Position numbers and translations under genes: made by a program. Below, in pieces: positions 9,370 through 18,518 of a stretch of 64,000 bases of DNA (the stretch's first letter is position 1; each line of letters begins with the position of its first letter). Below the pieces are notes generated by a model. It saw nothing but the letters and a program-made list of their open reading frames with translations. It did not search any database and was not told the origin of the DNA. This DNA is from Candidatus Multivoradales bacterium (GTDB lineage Bacteria > Acidobacteriota > Thermoanaerobaculia > Multivoradales > Multivoraceae), in contig CBDCWI010000002.1 of NCBI GenBank assembly GCA_965223325.1, positions 1,184,001 through 1,248,000 of the forward strand. Direction: 5' to 3'.

Positions 9370-10986
9370 TCGGCGCGCATCTTCGTGCAGCTCGACCGCC
9401 AGGTCGTATCCCGGCAAAGCGGCGATGCCTGCCGTAAAGCTGGCGTGGAAGGTTCCTTCCGAAGACCGATGCGGTAGCTCCGAGAACAGCGCACGAATCT
9501 CGTCGAGAACCCGCAACGCACCCTTGCCGGGCGTGTCCGGCATGATGACGCCGAACTCCTCACCGCCCCATCTACCCACCAGGTCGGTCTTGCGCAGCCG
9601 TTGGGTCAGGAGCCCGGCGAGGCTCTTGATGACGCCGTCGCCGGTGAGGTAGCCGTAGCGTTCGTTGATCGACCGCAGGTTGTCGAGATCGATGATCGCG
9701 TAGGAGAACGACCGCTGGTGGCGCGCCGACTGTTCGAACTCGGCTTCGAGACGTTGCATGAACTCGGTGTGGTTGAGAACCCCAGTCAAACTGTCGTGCG
9801 ACAAGAAGTAGCGTAGAGACCTGCTGCGCTGGGCGTGGTAGCTGACCGTCGACACCAGCGATTCGAGATCCTCGGGATCGTCCACCAGATCGTCGGCACC
9901 CGAGCGCATGATCCCCAGCTGCACGTCGACCGGTGCCCCCTCGCTCAGAAACACGATCGGTACGTGAATGTAGGCGTCGCTCTGACGAATGATCGCTGCC
10001 AGCTCGGGGCCCGTCACTTCGGGTAGATCAACATTGAGCAGTACGACATCGGGTTGGAAGTCCACCAGCTCCTTGAGCGCTCGGTCGGGCTGGGTCGCGA
10101 TCGCTGCGGTCATGCCAGAGCGCTGGAGCACCAGAGAGTGGCGCAGGGCGTCCTGGTAGCTCTGTTGCACGACCAGAACGCGGAAGGGATCGCTGGGTTG
10201 AGAGTGGGTCAAGACCTCGAGCCGCTCGACCAGCTTGCGAATGCTGGGGGGCGAGGTCAAGAAGACATCAACGCCGGCACGCACCGCTTCGAGCCTGGTC
10301 TGTAAGTCGGAGCGCACTGAGATCAGGACCACCGGCATCGACAGGTTCCGTCGCCGCAGCTCGTCGACAAACTCGCGCGTCTCGGCAACGACAGGAGCAA
10401 AGGGGTCGGCATCGACGATCAACACCGCCGGCGACTCATCCAGGCGCTCGAGCGGCTCCCGTGCATCGGCGAACGCCCGCACGAGATAGCCAAAGCAGCC
10501 GAGCTGAAAGCTGAGATCGGCCGCCAGGGAGCTGTTGCGGGTCACCAGAAAGAGGAGGCGCCGGGACTTCGTGGGCTCGAACGGCAGCACGTCTCTGTCA
10601 TCGTTGGTCATCGCGGCGGCCTCGATCTCACCGGTTCCATCGTGGTCTTCGGCATCGAAGCACGCCTCTCGAAGTTCGGCCACCTCGGCCATCAGCCGAT
10701 CTCTATCCAGGTCCTGTTCTTCTTCGGTTGCCTCGATCTGCGCCAACATCGAAACCAGATTGCGCGCCTTCTCCGACAGGCGATCGTAACCAAAGATCGC
10801 TCCACTCCCAGCCAGGCTGTGGGCCATCAAGCGCAGCGAGCGGAGCGCATCGCGCCAACCGATCTCCGGCAACGCCCGACTGGCGCTCTCGATCTGCGCG
10901 ATGCGGTGCGGAAGCTGCTGGGCGTAGGCCCGACGCAGCGAGCGCAGACGTTGCGCCATCGGGCGTTCGGTCGGTTCCGAGGACAT
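9313..10986 (-). CDS. Hpt-REC-REC-GGDEF diguanylate cyclase
   Basis: Hpt motif AHSLAGSGAIFG, two REC domains, DSLTGVLN, RKTD I-site, GGEEF. Confidence 0.9.
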   Translation of the reverse strand: MSSEPTERPMAQRLRSLRRAYAQQLPHRIAQIESASRALPEIGWRDALRSLRLMAHSLAGSGAIFGYDRLSEKARNLVSMLAQIEATEEEQDLDRDRLMAEVAELREACFDAEDHDGTGEIEAAAMTNDDRDVLPFEPTKSRRLLFLVTRNSSLAADLSFQLGCFGYLVRAFADAREPLERLDESPAVLIVDADPFAPVVAETREFVDELRRRNLSMPVVLISVRSDLQTRLEAVRAGVDVFLTSPPSIRKLVERLEVLTHSQPSDPFRVLVVQQSYQDALRHSLVLQRSGMTAAIATQPDRALKELVDFQPDVVLLNVDLPEVTGPELAAIIRQSDAYIHVPIVFLSEGAPVDVQLGIMRSGADDLVDDPEDLESLVSTVSYHAQRSRSLRYFLSHDSLTGVLNHTEFMQRLEAEFEQSARHQRSFSYAIIDLDNLRSINERYGYLTGDGVIKSLAGLLTQRLRKTDLVGRWGGEEFGVIMPDTPGKGALRVLDEIRALFSELPHRSSEGTFHASFTAGIAALPGYDLAVELHEDARRSLTVASRQGRNRVVLVND

Positions 10987-11214
10987 GGTTGGGGATCCGG
11001 AGGGAGGGGTGAATCGGGGCAGGCGAGGAGCAGGGCAACCAAGACACACGAACCGGCGCGGCCCCGGAAGGGCAGCTGGAGTCGAAGGGACGGGCTTCCC
11101 CGCTCCTACGAATCGTACCGAAACTACGGAAAAAGGAACAGTCGCCGAAAACGAGGGGCCAATCCCCTCGATCGAATCGCTTTTTCCTCCAAATAGCTTG
11201 TTTTCGGACGGCGC

Positions 11215-11538
11215 TCAGTCGCCGGCAGCGAACCGGATAAGGCGCTTCTCGGGGTCGGGATGGGCGCGATACAGAATCGCCACCCGGCCGACGAGCCCGG
11301 CGAGGGCGGCGCCGAGCCGCGCCGCGAGCTCGGTCGCCACCTGTTTGCGCTCCTCGCGGTCCAGCTGCAGGCGGATCTTGATCAACTCGTGCACTGCGAG
11401 TGCCTGATCGATCTCAGCTACTACCCCGTCGCTCAGACCACTACGCCCGACGAACCCCACCGGCTCGAGGTTGTGGGCCATGCCCCGCAGGCGCTTGCGC
11501 TCGCCGCTGGTGAGCGCGACCTTCTCTCCCTCCGACAT
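11215..11538 (-). CDS. yhbY: YhbY/CRM-domain RNA-binding ribosome assembly protein
   Basis: LTSGERKRLRGMAHNLEP..VGRSG...HELIKI...VGRVAILYR. Confidence 0.9.
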   Translation of the reverse strand: MSEGEKVALTSGERKRLRGMAHNLEPVGFVGRSGLSDGVVAEIDQALAVHELIKIRLQLDREERKQVATELAARLGAALAGLVGRVAILYRAHPDPEKRLIRFAAGD

Positions 11539-11556
11539 TCCTCCATCCTATGAGAT

Positions 11557-12768
11557 TCAGTACGACGCTTCGCGCGAGCGCACCCGGGTGCCGCCTGTGA
11601 CCCGGGCCGACGGATGCACGACAACCATCTCTCCCTGCTCGAGGCCCGACTGGATCTGGGCGATGCGTCCCGTGCGGTGGCCGACCGTGACGGTGCGCGC
11701 CATCGCCTTGCCACCCGTTGTCACGTACACCGCCCAGGAGTCATCTGAGTTGCGAAACAGGCTTCCGGCTGGAACCTGGAGGACCTCGTCGCTCTCGAAG
11801 ATGACCACCCGGACCTCGACCCGGTACCCGTCGCCCAGCCCATCGGGGACTTCACCCAGCGCAACGATCACATTCACCCGTTGCTCCTCGACGCCGAGCG
11901 CCGAGATACGCGTGAAGCCCGAGGGTTCAACGCGTTCCACCCGCCCTGCCAGGGAGTGATCGCCGCCCCAACGCTCGATCAGAACGCGCTGGCCCGCTCG
12001 AATGCGGACCGCATCAGACGATAGGTAGTCCGAGATCACCTCGAGGTCTCTCGGATCTCCAACTTCGATGAGCGCTTCGCCAGCTGGCACGATCGCCTCA
12101 CTCTCGCGCAAGCGCCGCAAGACGACGCCATCGATCGGCGACCGCAACGCGATACTGCCAGCCGGAGTGTTCCCGGTGCTCGTGGCGGAACCAGGACCGC
12201 CATGAATCAACCGCGCGCGGGCGACTTCGAGGCCATGCTGTGCGGTGGCGACCGCAAAACGTGCGGCTTCGAGGGCCTCGCGACGGGTCTCAGTGTCGAG
12301 CTCTGCGGCATCGAGGCGCTCGACCGAAACGATGCCTTCCTCAGCCAGCCGGCGCGCACGCACGACCTCTGCGGTGGCGAACTCGAGCTCCTCCTGGCGC
12401 TGACGCTCGGTCGCTCGCGCCTGCCCCAGGGTTGCCTCGGCAGCGTCAATGGCGGCGCGCGCCTCGGCGCGCGAGCGAATATCGAGCAGGGCAGGATCGC
12501 TGGGCTTGAAGGTGGCGAGCGGAGTCTCGCCCGCCACCACCCGATCCCCGGGTTCGAGCTCGATGCGCAGAATACGACCCGCGAACGGTGCCGAGACCGA
12601 AAAGCGCTCGCGCACCCTGGTCTCACCCTCTTCGTCGAGGGTCACCAACATCGGCGCCAAACGGACCTCCGCGGTGTCGACCGGAGTCGCGGGATCACGC
12701 AATGCCCACCCCACTGCGACCAGCACGAGAAGCAGGATCAGAAGCATCAACCAACGGCGTCGGGTCAT
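11557..12768 (-). CDS. Periplasmic adaptor (HlyD/MFP) of ABC exporter
   Basis: N-terminal TM segment, lipoyl-like hairpin (VSAPFAG; LRSPIDG), ISALGVEEQRVNV. Confidence 0.88.
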   Translation of the reverse strand: MTRRRWLMLLILLLVLVAVGWALRDPATPVDTAEVRLAPMLVTLDEEGETRVRERFSVSAPFAGRILRIELEPGDRVVAGETPLATFKPSDPALLDIRSRAEARAAIDAAEATLGQARATERQRQEELEFATAEVVRARRLAEEGIVSVERLDAAELDTETRREALEAARFAVATAQHGLEVARARLIHGGPGSATSTGNTPAGSIALRSPIDGVVLRRLRESEAIVPAGEALIEVGDPRDLEVISDYLSSDAVRIRAGQRVLIERWGGDHSLAGRVERVEPSGFTRISALGVEEQRVNVIVALGEVPDGLGDGYRVEVRVVIFESDEVLQVPAGSLFRNSDDSWAVYVTTGGKAMARTVTVGHRTGRIAQIQSGLEQGEMVVVHPSARVTGGTRVRSREASY

Positions 12769-12827
12769 CTCTTTCTTCCTCGTTCCCAAACGTAGAGTTG
12801 ATCGTCAAAAGAGCGCCATCGTCGCCG

Positions 12828-15209
12828 TCACTCGCGGGTCTTTAGAACGGCGATCAGGTCGAGCCTGTCGAGTCGCCGCCGAACCAGGAGCGCTGACACC
12901 GCGGTGCCGGCGCAGACGGTGAGCGCTGCAACCATGAAGTTCTTCGGCGTGACGACCAGGGGAATACGAAACGCCTCGGTATCGAGACCCGAAACCGCCG
13001 CCGCCACTAGACCGTAGCCAATCAGCGCGCCGAGCGGTAGCGAAATCAACGTCAGAAGTGCCAACTCGCCGAGCAAGATGAACGAGATCTCGCGACGTGT
13101 GAAACCCATCACCCGCAGACTGGCGAGATCGCGGTTGCGTTCCGAGAGCGAGATCCGAGCGCCGTTGTAGACCACACCAAAAGAGATCACGGTTGCAAAG
13201 AACAAAAAGAACGCCGACATGAACCCCATGTTCTCAGCGAAGAACTCATCGAAGTTCTCGAGCACGCCCTTGCGCGTGACGACACCAGCAACCGCCGGCG
13301 TTTCTTTCAAGTAGCTCATCAGGCGATCGTGATCGCGCGTGTCGACCTGAAGCACCGCTCCGGTGATGGTTTCGCCCTCGCGCAGTAGTGAACGCAGACT
13401 GTCGATCTCCATCCAGGCACCCAACCCGACGTAGTCATCGACCAGCCCTCGGACGGGTACGCGACGTCGCGGCCGCTGGCCCTCGAGGACCTCGACTTCG
13501 ATCCAGGAGCCAACCTTCACACCGAGGTCCCGCCCCAACTTGGCGGACATCACCAGGCCGTCGGGCGGCAGGGTGACCGGACGGCCACGGGCGTCGACGA
13601 CTCGCTCGAGCGTGGCGCCGGCAGGAAGACCCCGAATGCCGATTTCCTTCGACCGTTGCTCGAAACGAAAGCGGGCAGCAACCGAGCGGTTGGGCTCGAC
13701 CGACAGGACTCCTGGCATGCGCTCGAACTCGAACCCCGAGGCGGCACTCGCCGGTTCGTAGAGAGCGACGGTGACGTCTTGCCGTTGCGCGGCGTCGAAC
13801 TGCAGATCGATCATGTGATCAATGGCGTCGAACATGAAGCCGCCGACCAGCATGATCGAACCGGCAAGCGAGATCGCAAGAACCGTGAGGCTGGTGCGCA
13901 CCGGCAGGCGGGTGATGTTGCGAACGATCATGCGCACCGGTTGCGGCCAGTCGCGGGCACCGCTCCACAGTCGCTCGACCCACGAACGACCGAAACTCGT
14001 CGGAGCCGCTGGGCGCATCGCTTCCGCAGGAGGCAGCGTGACTGCGCTTCGCACCGCCCGAACCGCGCCGACGACCGCCGCCAGAAGCGCCACGCCCAGC
14101 GCTCCGAGAAGCGTCGCCGGGCGCCAGTTGCGTTCGAGGAAAGGCAGCTGGAAGAACTCGACGTACATATCGAGCCATGCCTCGCTCATCATCAAACCAC
14201 CGAACAGTCCGAAAGCGGTTCCGAGGCAGGCGACCAGCACTGCCCACTTGACGAAATGCAACCCGATTTCGAGGGCGCTGTACCCCAACGCTTTCAGCTG
14301 TGCGATCTGCTCGCGCTGCACCGCCACCAGTCTGGTGAGCACCAGGTTGAGGAGAAAGGCTGCGACCGCGAGAAAGATCGTGGGCACGACGATCGCCATT
14401 CGCGAAAGCTGATCGAGCTCGTTTTGCAGGTACCAGTGCGACATCTGCAGGCGGCGCGGAATCGCACCGCGCCCACCGTAGCGCTCGAGTACCGCGTCGA
14501 GACGATCGAGTACCTCGTCCTCCACTGCACCGGGCGAAAGGGTGAGCGCCACGTCGTTCCAGGCACCGTCCATCTCGAACGCCGTAGCCAGCGGCTTTCT
14601 GGCCATCCACAAGATGCCGAAGCGGCGCGCGTCGGGGATCAGGTCGCCGGGCGCCATGGTGTAGATGAACTCGGGGGACAACGCAACGCCAACAATCCGG
14701 AAGGCCTTGCGACGGCCATTGAGGATCGCCACGATCGCATCGCCTGGTCCAAGCCCGTGAGCGTCGGCAAAGGCTTCGTTGACGAGAACTTCGTCGTCTT
14801 CGCGCGGGTCGAGGGCCCGCCCGCGGCGCAGAAAGAAGGCGTTGAGCCGCGGCTCGGATTCTTCGCCGCCAATGCCAACCGGAACCGACACCAGGCGACC
14901 GCGCGCCGGCTCCACCATGCCCTCGACGTCGAGAGTGACATCGGCGACAACCCGCGTGTCGACAACCGCGACGCCGGGGATCTGCGCCACACGCTCGGCG
15001 ACCGGATCGGGCACGCGCACGGCGCCGGCGAAGACCTCAGCGAAACGGTAACGATCGTAATAGGCGCTCTGGGTCTCGAACAGCGAATCGAACGTTGCCA
15101 CCGAGCCAACGTACAAACTGATCCCGGCCCCGATCACCGCCGCAATCGCGAAAGCCATTCCGCGGCTGCCCCAGAGATCGCGCAGAAGCTTGCGGTCGAG
15201 TGCTCGCAT
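12828..15209 (-). CDS. ABC transporter permease with two FtsX/MacB-type domains
   Basis: MRALDRKLLRDLW start, QREQIAQLKALGY and ERNRDLASLRVMGFT repeats, C-terminal LKTRE. Confidence 0.9.
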   Translation of the reverse strand: MRALDRKLLRDLWGSRGMAFAIAAVIGAGISLYVGSVATFDSLFETQSAYYDRYRFAEVFAGAVRVPDPVAERVAQIPGVAVVDTRVVADVTLDVEGMVEPARGRLVSVPVGIGGEESEPRLNAFFLRRGRALDPREDDEVLVNEAFADAHGLGPGDAIVAILNGRRKAFRIVGVALSPEFIYTMAPGDLIPDARRFGILWMARKPLATAFEMDGAWNDVALTLSPGAVEDEVLDRLDAVLERYGGRGAIPRRLQMSHWYLQNELDQLSRMAIVVPTIFLAVAAFLLNLVLTRLVAVQREQIAQLKALGYSALEIGLHFVKWAVLVACLGTAFGLFGGLMMSEAWLDMYVEFFQLPFLERNWRPATLLGALGVALLAAVVGAVRAVRSAVTLPPAEAMRPAAPTSFGRSWVERLWSGARDWPQPVRMIVRNITRLPVRTSLTVLAISLAGSIMLVGGFMFDAIDHMIDLQFDAAQRQDVTVALYEPASAASGFEFERMPGVLSVEPNRSVAARFRFEQRSKEIGIRGLPAGATLERVVDARGRPVTLPPDGLVMSAKLGRDLGVKVGSWIEVEVLEGQRPRRRVPVRGLVDDYVGLGAWMEIDSLRSLLREGETITGAVLQVDTRDHDRLMSYLKETPAVAGVVTRKGVLENFDEFFAENMGFMSAFFLFFATVISFGVVYNGARISLSERNRDLASLRVMGFTRREISFILLGELALLTLISLPLGALIGYGLVAAAVSGLDTEAFRIPLVVTPKNFMVAALTVCAGTAVSALLVRRRLDRLDLIAVLKTRE

Positions 15210-15220
15210 CGCCCTTAGAC

Positions 15221-15946
<726 letters not shown>

Positions 15947-16173
15947 CGTTCGGGCTCATCGGACATTTTGACCTCTCAAAATTTCTTCCTGGTTCCTACG
16001 CTACTCCTCCGTCTCGCGGCGGTCAATCGACCTGCGCACCACCGGGCACGACACACGGGACAAAGCCCGCTCTGTCGAGGGTCGCGGGAACAGGTTCATG
16101 ACGAAAGAGGGGCATTGGAGACCCTTTTCAATCTTTTTATCGAGAAAAACTAGAATTCATATAAAATCTAGCC

Positions 16174-16428
16174 ATGTCGAACACGCTCTACCTGGGAAAC
16201 CTGCCCGCCCACACGCGCGACCAGGACCTCTTCAAGCTGATCCAGGCGACCGAACCGGCCCAGCTCCCCAAAGTGCGCCTTTCGCGACCTGGCGATGCGC
16301 CGCGTTACGCTTTCGTCGACCTCACCGACCCGCAAGAAGCCGAACGGCTGGCGGCCCAACTCCAAGGCGCCGACCTCGCGGGGCGACGACTGACCGTGCT
16401 GGTGCTCCAGTCAAGAGCCACCGCCTGA
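16174..16428 (+). CDS. Single-RRM RNA-binding protein
   Basis: RNP2 LYLGNL and RNP1 RYAFVDL, 84 aa. Confidence 0.8.
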   Translation: MSNTLYLGNLPAHTRDQDLFKLIQATEPAQLPKVRLSRPGDAPRYAFVDLTDPQEAERLAAQLQGADLAGRRLTVLVLQSRATA

Positions 16429-16506
16429 GTCGAACCCGCGAGTAGCGCCCCGACCGGGGACCTCGATCCGCTCCCCAGCACCGGGAGAGGATTCGTCCCC
16501 GCCAGC

Positions 16507-17169
16507 TCAGCCGCAAAGCGACAGGCCGACGAGCGCCCCGAGCTCAGACAGAGCATCATCCGGCTCGACGACCTTGATCGTGTGCATGCCGAGAGCCCGG
16601 GCACTCTTCAGGTTGGCGCCAATGTCATCGAGGAACGCAGTTTGATCGAGCGCCACGCCCACGACCTCGCAAGCGTGCCGGTAGATCCGCGGATCGGGCT
16701 TGCGCATTCCCAGAACGCTCGACTCGAGGAAGTGATCGAAGTGCTGTGCCAGCCCTTGGCGCTCGTCTCCTCGACTGGCTGAGCGACTGCCTTCGTCGCT
16801 GGCCCAGTTGTTGGTCAGCGCTGCGACCAACAGGCCGGCTGCGCGAAGACGCTTGATGGCCTCGAGCATCACCGGGCGAGGGGCGGACTCGGCGGCGATC
16901 TCGGCAAACATCTCGACCGACGAGAAGCGCGGCCCGGCACCCCGGCACTCCTCGTCGAAGGCGGCATGAAAGGCCGGTCCGAGGGTCAGCTCACCGCGTT
17001 CGAGCCGGTGCCAGGCAGCGTCGGGAGCCGACCCCATGACCTGACGGTTGACAAAACCGACCTCGATGCCGCGCTGGCGCTCGAAGCGTTCAATGGCGTG
17101 CAGCGGAGATCCCAACACAACGCCCCCGAGATCGAAAATGACAGCTTTGATGTTTACTTCCTGGCTCAT
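16507..17169 (-). CDS. HAD-family hydrolase (sEH/ACAD10 N-terminal-like phosphatase)
   Basis: AVIFDLGGV, ALTNNW, KPDPRIY, FLDDIGANL. Start at ATG 17169. Confidence 0.9.
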   Translation of the reverse strand: MSQEVNIKAVIFDLGGVVLGSPLHAIERFERQRGIEVGFVNRQVMGSAPDAAWHRLERGELTLGPAFHAAFDEECRGAGPRFSSVEMFAEIAAESAPRPVMLEAIKRLRAAGLLVAALTNNWASDEGSRSASRGDERQGLAQHFDHFLESSVLGMRKPDPRIYRHACEVVGVALDQTAFLDDIGANLKSARALGMHTIKVVEPDDALSELGALVGLSLCG

Positions 17170-17429
17170 ACGGTGGACGATATCCGCCGCCAGAGCGTGG
17201 CGGGGCCTGAAATCAACAGTTGGCTGTCCAGATTCGAGTGTTAAGGTACGGCCACTTCCGAGACAACCGGTTCCGCTTGGTGCGACCGAGGCCCTCTGGG
17301 CCTTGTCGGAAGGCAGTTCTATTTCGCCCGTTTTCGTCCGCGTCTCGAGCTTCGGAGTCGACACCCGAACCTTCCATCCACCAACATTCTACGGGGTCAG
17401 AAAACGCGCCTCAGGGGCTCAAAACGAGC

Positions 17430-17447
17430 TTGTGAAAGTTTTCACAA
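17430..17447. promoter_or_regulatory. Rex operator, TTGTGAA-N4-TTCACAA
   Basis: TTGTGAAAGTTTTCACAA is an exact match to the Rex consensus; the palindrome extends to 17428-17449. Confidence 0.8.
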
Positions 17448-17710
17448 GCGACTATCGTGAACCTCGGTAGCGCCAATCTGGAATTGCGAGACACGTCGTG
17501 CCTCGCAGTTCGCTCCCGGCGAGCCAAGAACAACGAACGTCACCAACGGCAGACGGCGCACTGTTTCGAGGAAGCGAAGTCATGCAAGCGACGGCCGTCC
17601 ACGTGGTCCCGCCTCGCCAGCAGTCTCTCGCTCGCAACCAGTACGCGCCTCCTGAAGCGGTCCGCAGCAATGCGGGCTACCCAGACGGGACCTGAGGACA
17701 AGACCAAGAC

Positions 17711-18370
17711 ATGCCGCACATCTTTCCGCGTAGCGCCAACCAGATCGCCTTCGCGAGCATCGTGCTCACATTGCTGGGAGCAGCGGTCGCAGGAGCCCTG
17801 CTCTTCGCGCTCGACCGCTCGCCATACCACACCAAGCAGGGTGAATTCATCGAGCAAGACGTTCCCTTCTCCCATGATCACCACATCGAGGCGCTCGGTC
17901 TCGACTGTCGCTACTGCCATACGACAGTCGAAGAGTCCCGCTTCGCCGGGATCCCACCCACAGCGACCTGCATGAACTGCCACAAGCAGATCTGGGCCGA
18001 CACCGACATGCTCAAACCAGTGCGCGATAGCTGGCAGAGCGGCGAGCCCCTGGCGTGGAAACGCGTCTACGATCTGCCGGACTTCGTCTACTTCAACCAC
18101 AGCGTGCACATCGCCAAGGGCGTTGGCTGTCAGAGCTGTCACGGCAAAGTCAACGAGATGCCGTTGGTGGTGCAGGAGCACTCGTTGCAAATGCGTTGGT
18201 GCCTCGACTGCCACCGGCACCCCGAAGACCACGTGCGCCCCGCAGACGAGGTGTTCAACATGGATTGGACGCCGGCCGACGAAGGCATGACACAGCGTGA
18301 TCTGGGTACCCAGTTGGTGGCCGAGAACGGCATCCAGTCGCTCGAGCATTGCTACACCTGCCACCGGTGA
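17711..18370 (+). CDS. actA: Alternative complex III pentaheme cytochrome c subunit
   Basis: N-terminal TM segment, QDVPFSH.HH and five CxxCH motifs (CRYCH, CMNCH, CQSCH, CLDCH, CYTCH). Confidence 0.93.
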   Translation: MPHIFPRSANQIAFASIVLTLLGAAVAGALLFALDRSPYHTKQGEFIEQDVPFSHDHHIEALGLDCRYCHTTVEESRFAGIPPTATCMNCHKQIWADTDMLKPVRDSWQSGEPLAWKRVYDLPDFVYFNHSVHIAKGVGCQSCHGKVNEMPLVVQEHSLQMRWCLDCHRHPEDHVRPADEVFNMDWTPADEGMTQRDLGTQLVAENGIQSLEHCYTCHR

Positions 18371-18518
18371 TGAGCCCCGCGCCGATCTTGCCTGTGACCG
18401 ATGACTTACTTGCCAGCACGATGATTCCTACGATGAACAGCGACGTTCGTGGCCACGGCCACGCCCTGGCGCTGGAGTTTGCGATACCCGCGGCCTGTGA
18501 CCGCACGGGAGGGAACCG

